Source: Verrucomicrobiales bacterium
GTDB lineage: Bacteria; Verrucomicrobiota; Verrucomicrobiia; Verrucomicrobiales; SLCJ01
Direction of reading: 5' to 3'
Assembly: GCA_046075565.1 (NCBI GenBank)
Contig: JBJTQJ010000106.1
Coordinates: forward strand, 1-39,908
Length of the DNA stretch: 39,908 bases
The position numbers and the translations under genes were made by a program. Shown here in pieces: positions 26,897-36,144 of this stretch. Numbering within the stretch: position 1 is the first letter of the stretch; each line of letters starts with the position of its first letter. Under the pieces are notes generated by a model. That model ran no database searches. It saw nothing but the letters and a program-made list of their open reading frames with translations, and had not been told where the DNA came from.

Positions 26897-28684
26897 ATGA
26901 TCTCCCTACCATCTTTTGCCTTGCGGGGTATTGCCTTCGCCGCCCTCGCATTTGGTTCCTTTTCTCCACTCTTCGCCGCCGAGTCGCCGGATCCTTACGC
27001 GAATGAAACCAAGGAACAACGCGACGAGCGCATGAAATGGTGGCGGGATGCGAAGTTCGGTATGTTCATTCATTGGGGGGTCTACGCCGTGCCTGCCGGA
27101 ACCTACGAGGGCAAACAGATCAAGGGCATCGGCGAGTGGATCATGCTGAACGGAAAGATTCCCTCCGCCACCTACAAGAAATACGCGGAGAAATTCACCG
27201 CTTCGAAATACGATCCCGCCGCTTGGGCCGCCCTCGCCAAACGCGCGGGCATGCGCTACATGGTCATCACCTCGAAACACCATGACGGCTTCGCCCTTTT
27301 CGACAGCAAGGTTTCCTACTGGGATGCCGTTGATGCCTCTGCCGCGAAACGCGATCTGATCAAGCCTTTGGCCGAGGCCGCCCGCAAGGAAGGGCTTCGT
27401 TTCGGGTTGTATTATTCGCAGGCCCAGGACTGGAACCATCCCGGTGGTGCGAAAGCGCGGATGAAGGAAGGCGAAAGTTGGGACCCGGCCACCAAAGGAT
27501 CATATGACACCTATTTGCAAACCATTGCCGAACCGCAGGTAAAAGAGATCCTCACTCAAATCAAACCCGATATCCTCTGGTGGGACACGCCCCACTGGAT
27601 GACCAAAGAACGCGCGGAGCCGCTCATCCGGCATCTCTCCCTCGTGCCCGGCATCATCCATAACAATCGTCTCGGCGGTGAATTCAAGGGCGATACGGAA
27701 ACACCCGAGCAGCATATCCCGGCGACCGGATTCAAAGATCGCGACTGGGAAGTGTGCATGACCATGAATGATACGTGGGGATTCAAGAGCTACGACCACA
27801 ATTGGAAATCGACCAATACCATTCTGCACCAGCTCTGCGACATCGTGAGCAAAGGCGGAAACTTCCTGCTCAATGTCGGCCCGACTGCCGAAGGCGAGAT
27901 TCCCAAGGAAAGCATCAAACGACTCGAAGCTGTCGGACGTTGGATCGATGTCAACGGGGAGGCGATCTACGGCACAACCGCGAGTCCATTCCACCGTTTG
28001 CCCTGGGGGCGTTGCACGCGCAAGGCCACCGCGACCGGGACGACACTTTACTTCCATGTCTTCGACTGGCCCGTGGATGGCAAACTCTTTATTCCCGGCT
28101 TGAAGAACAAGGTCAAATCGGCCGCGCTTCTCGCTGGCAGCGTTGCCGTGCCCGTTACCGCCGGTGGTGAAGGCGTGACCCTGCAACTGCCCGCCCAAGC
28201 TCCGGACGCAGATGTCTCGGTGATCCGTGTTGAAACCGAAGGCGCGCTCGACGTCGATCCCATTGCTCTCAGCCAGCAGGAAAATGGTTCGGTTAGGTTG
28301 GATCTCGAATACACCGAAATCAACAATCCCGGCTACGGCACCCATGCCAAACTCGTGCGCAAAAACGGGAACATCACCTTGGACTCATGGTCGGACGCCC
28401 GCGCGTGGATGCAGTGGACCTTTCGTGTGAACCGTCCGGGCGAATTCAAGGTCGTGGCGCAGGCGGCCGCCAAAGCTGACTCCGCATTGACGCTCGGTAT
28501 CGGCCCGAACGATAAAGCCTGCAAGATCAAATCCACGGGTGGTGATCAAACTTTCGCCGAGGTTGTTCTCGGAAAGATTACCGTCTCCGAAGCCGGTGTT
28601 CACGAATTGCGACTCCGCCCCGCGAAGGATGGTTGGAAACCTGTAAGCCTGCGCGGGTTGACCTTGGAACCCGCCCGGAAATAG
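26897..28684 (+). CDS. secreted alpha-L-fucosidase (GH29) with a C-terminal CBM-like beta domain
   Basis: WWRDAKFGMFIHWG, TSKHHDGF, GLYYS, LWWD nucleophile, TPEQ, WEVCMTMNDTWG, GGNFLLNVGP; signal peptide. Confidence 0.93.
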   Translation: MISLPSFALRGIAFAALAFGSFSPLFAAESPDPYANETKEQRDERMKWWRDAKFGMFIHWGVYAVPAGTYEGKQIKGIGEWIMLNGKIPSATYKKYAEKFTASKYDPAAWAALAKRAGMRYMVITSKHHDGFALFDSKVSYWDAVDASAAKRDLIKPLAEAARKEGLRFGLYYSQAQDWNHPGGAKARMKEGESWDPATKGSYDTYLQTIAEPQVKEILTQIKPDILWWDTPHWMTKERAEPLIRHLSLVPGIIHNNRLGGEFKGDTETPEQHIPATGFKDRDWEVCMTMNDTWGFKSYDHNWKSTNTILHQLCDIVSKGGNFLLNVGPTAEGEIPKESIKRLEAVGRWIDVNGEAIYGTTASPFHRLPWGRCTRKATATGTTLYFHVFDWPVDGKLFIPGLKNKVKSAALLAGSVAVPVTAGGEGVTLQLPAQAPDADVSVIRVETEGALDVDPIALSQQENGSVRLDLEYTEINNPGYGTHAKLVRKNGNITLDSWSDARAWMQWTFRVNRPGEFKVVAQAAAKADSALTLGIGPNDKACKIKSTGGDQTFAEVVLGKITVSEAGVHELRLRPAKDGWKPVSLRGLTLEPARK

Positions 28685-28818
28685 GCGTGGGTTTTTTGCA
28701 GGGTGATGGGAGTGAGCCAGCGATCCAGATGTAACGCTGGCCCTCCGGAGCCACCACGCCCCCAAGAGCTGGGAAGAATCCCAGCAGTCCAAGAGCCTGC
28801 GGCGCTCATGTCCAGTAG

Positions 28819-28897
28819 TTCGTTGGAGTCCGGGCTTAAGCCCGTCGGATCCTTTTCACTGCTGCATGAGACGGGCTAAAGCCCGAACTCCAACGAA
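28819..28897. repeat. REP doublet (TTCGTTGGAGT.CGGGCTT.AGCCCGTC)
   Basis: 28-bp arms at 28819-28846 and 28870-28897 are reverse complements with 2 mismatches. Confidence 0.8.
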
Positions 28898-29197
28898 GAG
28901 CCGAGAGGTATCGTGCAGATGGGGGCATCGCCTGATGAAGCTGATTTTAAGTCCTGAACGGGCTCTTCCACGCCCCCGGAACGGCAATTTCCGAAGCGTT
29001 TGTTGTGAAAACCACGGCTGAGCAGGCCCGGGAAAGCCAATTCCGCCCGCGATAGACGAAAAATTCACGGGGCAGGGTCGGAACTGGAAATTCTCTTACA
29101 TCATTAAAAACCAATGAGTTTATAGAAGAATCGAGGGCCTTGCGGGACCATTTCAGCCGAAAAATTTCGCACGAAAAGAAAATCATATAAAAATAAT

Positions 29198-29233
29198 TTG
29201 CCATTTGTGGCGCTTTGCATTAGTTTAACTAAT
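29198..29233 (+). promoter_or_regulatory. putative promoter and 7-1-7 palindromic operator of the ECF sigma gene
   Basis: TTGCCA-N17-TAGTTT; ATTAGTT-T-AACTAAT at 29219-29233. Confidence 0.5.
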
Positions 29234-29248
29234 AGAAAGATCAAACCA

Positions 29249-29839
29249 ATGCGCAAACTAACCAACAACCTGTATCTGGAAGAGCAAAAAGAAGAAGTCG
29301 AAATGCTTCTGGCCATTGCCAAGGGCGACAAGGATGCCTTTAGCCGCTTGCACGAGCGATTCTCGGGGGTAGTGCATTCGACCATCTACAAAGTGCTCAA
29401 TGATGTGATGGACACCGAAGACGTGGCTCAAGAGGTTTTCGCTGCCGTCTGGCGCAAAGCGGAACTCTACAGTGAGAAAAAGGGCAAGCCTTTGACCTGG
29501 GTGACGACCATGGCCCGCAATCGCGCTATCGATCGCCTGCGCTACAAGCAACGCCAGTCGCGCCTGAATGATGATTTCAAGGTCGAGTCCGACACTTTCG
29601 CCGCGCCGACCCGCGTTGATACGCCGGTGAATGCCGACAACAATGATCGCCACAACATTGTGCGCTCGGCGGTCATGGAACTTTCCAAGGAACAGCGGGA
29701 TGCCATTCAAATGGCTTTCTTCTCCGGGCTCACTCAATCGGAAATCGCCGACAAACTCGGTGAACCGCTTGGCACCGTGAAGGCGCGCATCCGCCGGGGA
29801 ATGCTCCGGCTCCGTTCGGTGGTGCCCAAGCGTCTTTGA
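29249..29839 (+). CDS. ECF RNA polymerase sigma factor (SigK-like)
   Basis: region 2 EDVAQEVF..VW, WV.TMARNRAIDRLR; region 4 FFSGLTQSEIA..LGEPLGTVKARIRRG; start at ATG 29249. Confidence 0.92.
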   Translation: MRKLTNNLYLEEQKEEVEMLLAIAKGDKDAFSRLHERFSGVVHSTIYKVLNDVMDTEDVAQEVFAAVWRKAELYSEKKGKPLTWVTTMARNRAIDRLRYKQRQSRLNDDFKVESDTFAAPTRVDTPVNADNNDRHNIVRSAVMELSKEQRDAIQMAFFSGLTQSEIADKLGEPLGTVKARIRRGMLRLRSVVPKRL

Positions 29840-29872
29840 ACTGGTTCTTCTTTCCCCCAATAACCCCGCCAC

Positions 29873-29919
29873 GGGCACGTCGGCCAATCCCCCCCACGGC
29901 CGGCGTGCCCTCTTTTATT
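29873..29919 (+). terminator. intrinsic terminator
   Basis: gggcacgtcggcc / ggccggcgtgccc stem followed by tcttttatt. Confidence 0.55.
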
Positions 29920-30048
29920 GGAGCGGCGCGGGTCTCGGGTCGATTGAAGATTACCAGAGGTGAACCGTCGGATGAAAAAGGGAAAACGGCCATCTTGCCC
30001 GGGTCTTTCCGTTCACGGGCGTGCCGCCCGTGCTTCTTTTATTCCTCT

Positions 30049-30591
30049 TCAATTCTTCTGCTCGACCTGGCGGGCGAGTAACCAAAGCACATCGGAGAGG
30101 CGGTTGAGGTAGCGGATGATCTCCTCGTTGAATTCAGGTTCAGTTTCGGCGAGATCGATCACATCACGTTCCGCACGTCGGCAAACCGCGCGGGCGAAAT
30201 CAAGCGCGGCTCCGAGTTCGGAACCGGCGGCACCTGGGATGACCCAACCTTTGAACTTGAGCCCGGCTTTTTCGATGGATTGTCCCAGGGCAGTGAGCCG
30301 ATCCACTTCGACACCGGTGATGCGCGGATAACCATCCTTCTCGTAGCGTTGCATGTCAGTGCCGTCGGTGGCCAGTTCGCCCATGAGGGAAATGAGATCG
30401 TCCTGAATGGCGCGGATCTCCTCCAATACGGGTGATTCGACTCGCACGGCGATGACGCGGGCGAGGCCGAGCGCGGAAGTGAGTTCGTCGATGCCGCCGT
30501 AAGCGGCGATGCGGATATCGGATTTGGGCACACGTTTTCCATACATCAGACTGGTCTCGCCGCGGTCGCCGCCCTTGGTGGTAATGGACAT
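30049..30591 (-). CDS. pduO: ATP:cob(I)alamin adenosyltransferase, PduO type
   Basis: ITTKGGDRGETSL, RI.AYG.IDEL.S, ARAVCRRAER, YLNRLSD; start at ATG 30591. Confidence 0.92.
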   Translation of the reverse strand: MSITTKGGDRGETSLMYGKRVPKSDIRIAAYGGIDELTSALGLARVIAVRVESPVLEEIRAIQDDLISLMGELATDGTDMQRYEKDGYPRITGVEVDRLTALGQSIEKAGLKFKGWVIPGAAGSELGAALDFARAVCRRAERDVIDLAETEPEFNEEIIRYLNRLSDVLWLLARQVEQKN

Positions 30592-30721
30592 GATCAATGA
30601 TCCGCCGGAGGAAGTCTCCGCGCAAGTGAAACCGGGACTTTCCGAGTGTTTGTTGCCGGAAGATTCCACTTTGGCTTTTCCGGTGGAGAAGCGGTGGATT
30701 CGGGTTTATGAAGGGAGCTGC

Positions 30722-31615
30722 ATGTCCAACCCCCGCGGCATCCCGCTCATTCACAACCCGGCTGCGCGCAGCGAAAAATCGGCGAGGCTTGGTCGGCTTA
30801 TTTCAAAATTGGAACCAGCCCCGAGTGTGCATGTGACCGCTGGGCCGGGCAGCGCCCGCCATATCGCGGCGGAGTTGGCGCGGCGGCGGATGCCTGTGGT
30901 CGCGGCCGGAGGTGGAGATGGGACGGTGAACGAGGTGGTGGCGGGTTTGCTGGATGCGGCGGCGGAGGGATTTCCTCTGCCCGAACTCGGCCTCATGCCC
31001 TTCGGGACGATGAATGTTTTCGCTCTGGAAGTCGGATTGCCGGTGCGCAATATCCGTGAATGTTGGGAAGTCATCACCGCTGGAGCGGCTCGCGACGTTG
31101 ACCTTTGGGTGGCCAATGGACAACCGCTCGTCCAACTCGGCGGTGTCGGGCTTGACGCGGCAGTCGTTGCCGAGACGACTTGGGAAATGAAACGCCGCAT
31201 CGGCCCGCTCGGTTATCTGGTCAATGCCGCCCGGGTGCTGGCGCGTCCGGCCCCGAAACTCACCATCACGGTCGATGGCTTGGAAATGGAGGGAGCATTA
31301 ATTCTGTTAGGAAATGGCAAACGATACGGCGGACCGCTGAAGGTTTTCCCCTCGGCCGAGCCGGATGACGGCTTGCTGGATGTGCTCGTGCTCAAGAAGC
31401 AGACGGCGGGTGACGTGCTCGGCTTTCTCGCCGCGCTGGCCACGGGGAGTATTGAAAAATTTCCCGGTGTCTGGATGGGCCGGGGAGAGAAGATCGAGGC
31501 GACGAGCGCGCGCGAGGTGCCGGTTGAATTGGATGGCGAGGCGGCGGGCGTGACCCCGTTGCGCGTCGAACGTTCGCCCTATCGGCTGCGCGTGCGGGTC
31601 AGGAGCAACAGCTGA
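30722..31615 (+). CDS. diacylglycerol kinase family (YegS/DgkB-like) lipid kinase
   Basis: HNPAA, GGGDGTVNEV, PFGTMNVFA, GVGLDA, NGKRYGG, DDGLLD, LDGE. Confidence 0.9.
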   Translation: MSNPRGIPLIHNPAARSEKSARLGRLISKLEPAPSVHVTAGPGSARHIAAELARRRMPVVAAGGGDGTVNEVVAGLLDAAAEGFPLPELGLMPFGTMNVFALEVGLPVRNIRECWEVITAGAARDVDLWVANGQPLVQLGGVGLDAAVVAETTWEMKRRIGPLGYLVNAARVLARPAPKLTITVDGLEMEGALILLGNGKRYGGPLKVFPSAEPDDGLLDVLVLKKQTAGDVLGFLAALATGSIEKFPGVWMGRGEKIEATSAREVPVELDGEAAGVTPLRVERSPYRLRVRVRSNS

Positions 31616-31629
31616 GCGGAAGGACATTC

Positions 31630-32157
31630 CTACAGCATCACTTCCGGATCGGTATCGGTGGCATCCGGTGCGGATTCCGGTGGCAGGGGAGGGGAGACGC
31701 CGAAAAAATCCTTGAGCACGCGGGCGGTTACCTCCCTTTTGAAAACCGGGAGCAGGGAAAGGTCGAAGTCGGCGGGTTTGACCCAGCGGAGGCGGAGAAA
31801 CTCCGGAGCCCGGGGATTGCTGCCGCGGGCATCGGGTTCGCCGTGGGTGAGTTTGCAGAGGAAATAGGTCTGGCTTTGGCCACAGTAGATGCCCTTTTTA
31901 AGGTGGCCGGGCGGGTAGGAGTAAGCATAACCGGAACGACTGGCCAGGATTTCGAATCCGCGGGGCCCCAGGAGGACTTCCTCCTTCATCTCCCGAAAGA
32001 GGGCCTCCCGCCGCGTTTCGCCTTCATCCACCCCACCTTGAGGGAAGCTCCATGAACCCGGCTTGTCGGAGCACTCGCCGATCAAGACCTTGCCATCCCG
32101 ACGGAGCAGGAGGGCGGCCACATTTTCGCGGAATATCCCGGTTAACGACGTCGGCAT
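31630..32157 (-). CDS. NUDIX hydrolase, RppH-like
   Basis: FRENVA, WSFPQGGVDEGET..EALFREMKEEV Nudix box, GQSQ.YFL, FKR. Confidence 0.85.
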   Translation of the reverse strand: MPTSLTGIFRENVAALLLRRDGKVLIGECSDKPGSWSFPQGGVDEGETRREALFREMKEEVLLGPRGFEILASRSGYAYSYPPGHLKKGIYCGQSQTYFLCKLTHGEPDARGSNPRAPEFLRLRWVKPADFDLSLLPVFKREVTARVLKDFFGVSPPLPPESAPDATDTDPEVML

Positions 32158-32259
32158 GAGACCCTGTTGAATTTAGGCCAGAATCCGTGCCTGACAAATG
32201 GGAAAATCCGAGCCAAGGTGGGAGGAAGACCCGCAGATCCCCGCCCGTATTCCAAGTCC

Positions 32260-33825
32260 ATGTCCGCCTCTGCCGTTTCCACTGCCGCGACCGCTCCGGC
32301 TCCGCAACTGATCGCGACCATTCATATCGGCGCGAACGCGGTGAGCATGCTCGTGGGGGCTCCCGCCGAAGGGGGCGATGTGCGGCCGGTCGATTTCTTC
32401 GAGCAACCCGTGCCGCTGGCCCGGGATGTTTTCCGGGCGGGGCGCATTGGCCGCTCGGTCATGGAACGCTGCGTGCGCGTGCTTCGCGACTACCGCGCGG
32501 CCCTGCGCGAATTGGGCATCGTCGATGGGAAACCGAACCGCATCGTTTGCACGAACATCCTCGCGGAAGCCACCAATCAGGACATCTTCCTCAACCGTAT
32601 CCATGTCGCCTGCGGTCTCGAAGTGGACCCGCTCGATGATGGCGAGCAAACCCGGCTCGTCTACATGAAGACGCAGCGTCTGTTGGCCTCGAACAAGGAA
32701 CTGGCGCGGGCTCGCACCATGGTCATCCATGTCGGTCCCGGCAATACGCGGGTTCTCCTCTTCCAACGCGGGCGCATCGAGCGGTATTCCAGTTACCGCC
32801 TCGGCACCCACCGCTCCAACGAAGCCGTGCAAACCGGCGATGCCCACGGCCCGCACATGCTGAGGATGCTGGAGGAACAAACCCGCGCCAATCTTGATCT
32901 GATATTCCACGATTACCGGGATGTGAAACCCGACGAATTGGTGGTCATCGGCTATGAAATGCAGGCGATTGCCCCGCGCATCATCGAGTCGAAATCGCGT
33001 GATGTGCCGGTCAAACGGATGAGGAAGTTTCTCGATGATATCGTGCGCCTCTCAACCGACGAGCGGGTGCGGCATTTGCACTTGGACTACGCCTCGGCGG
33101 ATTCGGTGGTGGCGGCGGTTCTGATCAATTTGCGCCTCGCGGAAAACTTCGGAGCGCGCGCGATCCATCTGCCGGCCAGGGGTTTCGAGCACGGATTGCT
33201 CGCCGACTTGCCCTTCTCTTCCTCGCTCAGCGGTCGCTTTGAGGATGAGGTATTGCAATCCGCGAGCACGCTGTCGAAAAGGTATCTCATTGATCCGCGG
33301 CATGCCCGGCATGTCGAGCGGCTGTGCACGGCGATTTACGATGCCACGGCGAAACTGCATCAGCTCGCGGCCCGGGACAAACTCCTGCTCCGGGTGGCGG
33401 CAACCTTGCACGAAGTGGGAAACTACATCACTCCGAAGGCGCATCACAAGCATTCCTATTACATCATCCACAACAGCGAAATTTTCGGACTGAGCGCGAC
33501 GGATATCGAGACCGTGGCTCTGGTCGCGCGTTACCACCGCCATTCACCCCCGAAGCCTACCCACGAAGGTTACAACGATCTTTCGCGCGAGAACCGCATG
33601 CGCGTTTGCAAGATGGCGGCCATCCTGCGGGTAGCCGACGCCCTTGATCGCCCCCACGCGCAACGGGTGCGCGACATTTCCGTCCGCATCACCGACAACA
33701 AGCTGATGATCGGTCTCGGCGACGTGGCCGACGCTGCCATCGAACGACTCGCCCTCGCCGACAAGGGTGATTTGTTCCAACACATCTTCGGTCTCGATGT
33801 CAGCCTCGAACCCGGAGTCGTATGA
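32260..33825 (+). CDS. ppx: Ppx/GppA-family protein with a C-terminal HD-like domain (catalytic motifs degenerate)
   Basis: overall Ppx architecture, LHEVG, HHKHSYYII.NSEIFG, VARYHR, LRVADALD; directly upstream of ppk1. Confidence 0.8.
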   Translation: MSASAVSTAATAPAPQLIATIHIGANAVSMLVGAPAEGGDVRPVDFFEQPVPLARDVFRAGRIGRSVMERCVRVLRDYRAALRELGIVDGKPNRIVCTNILAEATNQDIFLNRIHVACGLEVDPLDDGEQTRLVYMKTQRLLASNKELARARTMVIHVGPGNTRVLLFQRGRIERYSSYRLGTHRSNEAVQTGDAHGPHMLRMLEEQTRANLDLIFHDYRDVKPDELVVIGYEMQAIAPRIIESKSRDVPVKRMRKFLDDIVRLSTDERVRHLHLDYASADSVVAAVLINLRLAENFGARAIHLPARGFEHGLLADLPFSSSLSGRFEDEVLQSASTLSKRYLIDPRHARHVERLCTAIYDATAKLHQLAARDKLLLRVAATLHEVGNYITPKAHHKHSYYIIHNSEIFGLSATDIETVALVARYHRHSPPKPTHEGYNDLSRENRMRVCKMAAILRVADALDRPHAQRVRDISVRITDNKLMIGLGDVADAAIERLALADKGDLFQHIFGLDVSLEPGVV

Positions 33826-33847
33826 TCCTTGATTTCCCGACTTTCCC

Positions 33848-35950
33848 ATGAGCACACCGTCCTTCGTCAACCGCGAGCTGAGCTGGCTCGAATTCAACCA
33901 GCGTGTCCTCGAAGAGGCGCTCGATTCCTCGTTGCCCCTGCTCGAGCGGATGAAATTCCTCGCCATCACCGCGTCGAACCTCGACGAGTTCTTCATGGTC
34001 CGCGTCGGAGGGCTCATGCTCTTGCAAGCCAGCGGCAGCCGCTCGCGGGATCGCTCGGGGCTCGCGCCGGGCCAGCAATTGTCGAAGATCCGCGCCCGGG
34101 TGGCGAGAATGCTCGACGAGCAATATTCACTGCTCAACGAAGTGCTGATGCCCGCCCTCGCGAAGGAAGGCATCCGCAGGCTTGCTGTCCGTGACCTTTC
34201 TCCCGTGCAGCAGGATCATATTCGGCGTTACTTCGAGGAGAACATCTATCCCATTCTGACCCCGATGGCGGTCGAAGGCGATGGCGATTCCGCCCCGCTC
34301 ATACCCGATCTCCAGTTGGCGCTCGCCACCGAGTTGCGCGACCCCGAGGGTGGCGAGTCCCGCTTTGCCATCCTGCCCTTGCCGAAAAGCCTGCCTCGAT
34401 TCCTCGGCGTGCCGGAAGCGCCGGGTTACCAATTCCTCGCTCTCGAGGATGTGGTGGCCGCGTATCTGGAGAAATTGTTTCCCGGCGAAGAGGTTCGTTC
34501 GACAACGGGATTCCGGATCACCCGCAACGGCGACATGGTGGTGCGAGACGAGGAGGCCGCCGATCTCGCCGATGAAATGGAGGAAATCCTCGCCGCCCGC
34601 CGCACCAGCGGAACCGTGCGCCTGGAAATCCAGCAAGGGGCATCACGTTCCCTCGTGGCCATGCTGCAAAAGCTCGGACGCACCGACAATCAGAACACCT
34701 ACCGCTTGCCGGGGCTTCTTGATTTGAAAGCTCTTTTCCAGATCGCGGGCTTGCCGGATTTCGAGCGCCTGCAGATCCCATCCTGGCCGCCGCAGCAGTC
34801 GGCACAAGTCGATCCGGCGTTATCCATCTTCGACACCATCGCCGAACATGATCTCCTGCTCATCCATCCCTACGAGAGTTTTGATCCGGTGGTTCGGCTG
34901 GTGCAGGAGGCTGCCGATGATCCAGATGTGGTTGCCATCAAACAAATCCTCTACCGCACCGCTTCGGACAGCCGCATCATCGATGCCCTCATCCGCGCGG
35001 CGGAAAATGGAAAACATGTGACCGTGCTGGTCGAGTTGAAAGCCCGATTCGATGAGGCGCGCAATCTCAACCGTGCCGAGGAGTTGCGCCGGGCCGGGGC
35101 GCATATCATCTATGGGGTACGCGGACTCAAGACCCACGCCAAGGCGCTGCTGGTCGTGCGCAACGAAGGTGGAAGGCTCAAACGCTACACGCACTTCGGG
35201 ACCGGCAACTACAACGAGAGCACGGCCCGTCTCTACACCGATGTCTCGTATCTCACCGCGCGCACGGAATACGGTGCCGATGCCTCCGCTTTCTTCAACG
35301 CCGTGACCGGACGCACGCGTGTTTCCCATTACCAGAAGATTGCCGCCGCGCCCCACACGCTCAAGCCGCGTTTGCTTGAATTGATTCAAAGCGAAACGGA
35401 AAGAGCCAGCCAGGGGTCGCCCGCGCGCATCCTCGCGAAGATGAACAGCCTTCAGGACGCCGACATCATCGAGGCGCTGTATCTTGCCTCCCAGGCCGGG
35501 GTCGAGATCCGGCTCAACGTGCGCGGCATCTGCTGCCTGCGCCCGGGAGTCAAAGGCATCTCGGAAAACATACGCGTCGTTTCCATCGTGGATCGTTACC
35601 TCGAACACGCCCGCGTTTTCCTTTTTCATCAGGGAGGACGTGATGAAATCCTCATCAGCAGCGCCGATTGGATGGAGCGCAACCTCGAGAAGCGGGTCGA
35701 AATCATGGTCCCGGTGGAAGACCCATCCGCGCGCAAGAAGCTGATGCGGTTTCTCCGGATTTGTCTGGAGGACAACACCAAGGCCCGGGGCATCAAACAC
35801 GATGGCACCCACACGCGACCCCCACGTGGACCAAGGGAAAAAGCCCGCCGCGCCCAGGATGAGTTGGCGAAAGATGCCCGCAACGCATCCAAAGTAGCCC
35901 GCCGCCATCTCGCGGAAGGGTTTGTCCCTCACATTCCGAAAAATCCCTGA
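33848..35950 (+). CDS. ppk1: polyphosphate kinase 1
   Basis: NRELSWLEFNQRVL, SNLDEFFMVRV, HPYESF, VELKARFDE, LKTHAK, GTGNYN, DRYLEHAR, SSADWM.RNL. Confidence 0.96.
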   Translation: MSTPSFVNRELSWLEFNQRVLEEALDSSLPLLERMKFLAITASNLDEFFMVRVGGLMLLQASGSRSRDRSGLAPGQQLSKIRARVARMLDEQYSLLNEVLMPALAKEGIRRLAVRDLSPVQQDHIRRYFEENIYPILTPMAVEGDGDSAPLIPDLQLALATELRDPEGGESRFAILPLPKSLPRFLGVPEAPGYQFLALEDVVAAYLEKLFPGEEVRSTTGFRITRNGDMVVRDEEAADLADEMEEILAARRTSGTVRLEIQQGASRSLVAMLQKLGRTDNQNTYRLPGLLDLKALFQIAGLPDFERLQIPSWPPQQSAQVDPALSIFDTIAEHDLLLIHPYESFDPVVRLVQEAADDPDVVAIKQILYRTASDSRIIDALIRAAENGKHVTVLVELKARFDEARNLNRAEELRRAGAHIIYGVRGLKTHAKALLVVRNEGGRLKRYTHFGTGNYNESTARLYTDVSYLTARTEYGADASAFFNAVTGRTRVSHYQKIAAAPHTLKPRLLELIQSETERASQGSPARILAKMNSLQDADIIEALYLASQAGVEIRLNVRGICCLRPGVKGISENIRVVSIVDRYLEHARVFLFHQGGRDEILISSADWMERNLEKRVEIMVPVEDPSARKKLMRFLRICLEDNTKARGIKHDGTHTRPPRGPREKARRAQDELAKDARNASKVARRHLAEGFVPHIPKNP

Positions 35951-36038
35951 ACGGCAAGGCTAACGAACCTCGTGACAGGGGAGTCGATAGGGACAAAGAA
36001 CAGCAACCCCTCCGATGGCACCGGCCTTCTCATAGCAG

Positions 36039-36070
36039 AAGGAGCTACCACTGGATTGTGGTAGCTCCTT
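36039..36070. repeat. REP-derived perfect palindrome, possible bidirectional terminator
   Basis: aaggagctaccac-tggatt-gtggtagctcctt with 13-bp arms between convergent ppk1 and peroxiredoxin; same family as the 24321/24889/24947 repeats. Confidence 0.65.
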
Positions 36071-36144
36071 AAGAAAGCCGAGAAATGTGGCTTCGTTGCT
36101 CCGAAAAAACCGTCGTCGCAACCAACGAATGGGGTCCGGCGGCT

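Noticed and set aside
28685-28810. Small hairpins downstream of the fucosidase as a possible ncRNA
   Set aside because: Only short stems, with no recognisable RNA family or promoter; not enough support
30592-30721. Possible cobalamin riboswitch upstream of pduO
   Set aside because: The divergent spacer is only 130 bp and I see no B12-box or other conserved core
34855-34885. PPK1 has IHPY instead of the common HHPY
   Set aside because: This position varies, and the autophosphorylated His motif (LKTHAK) and EHAR are intact
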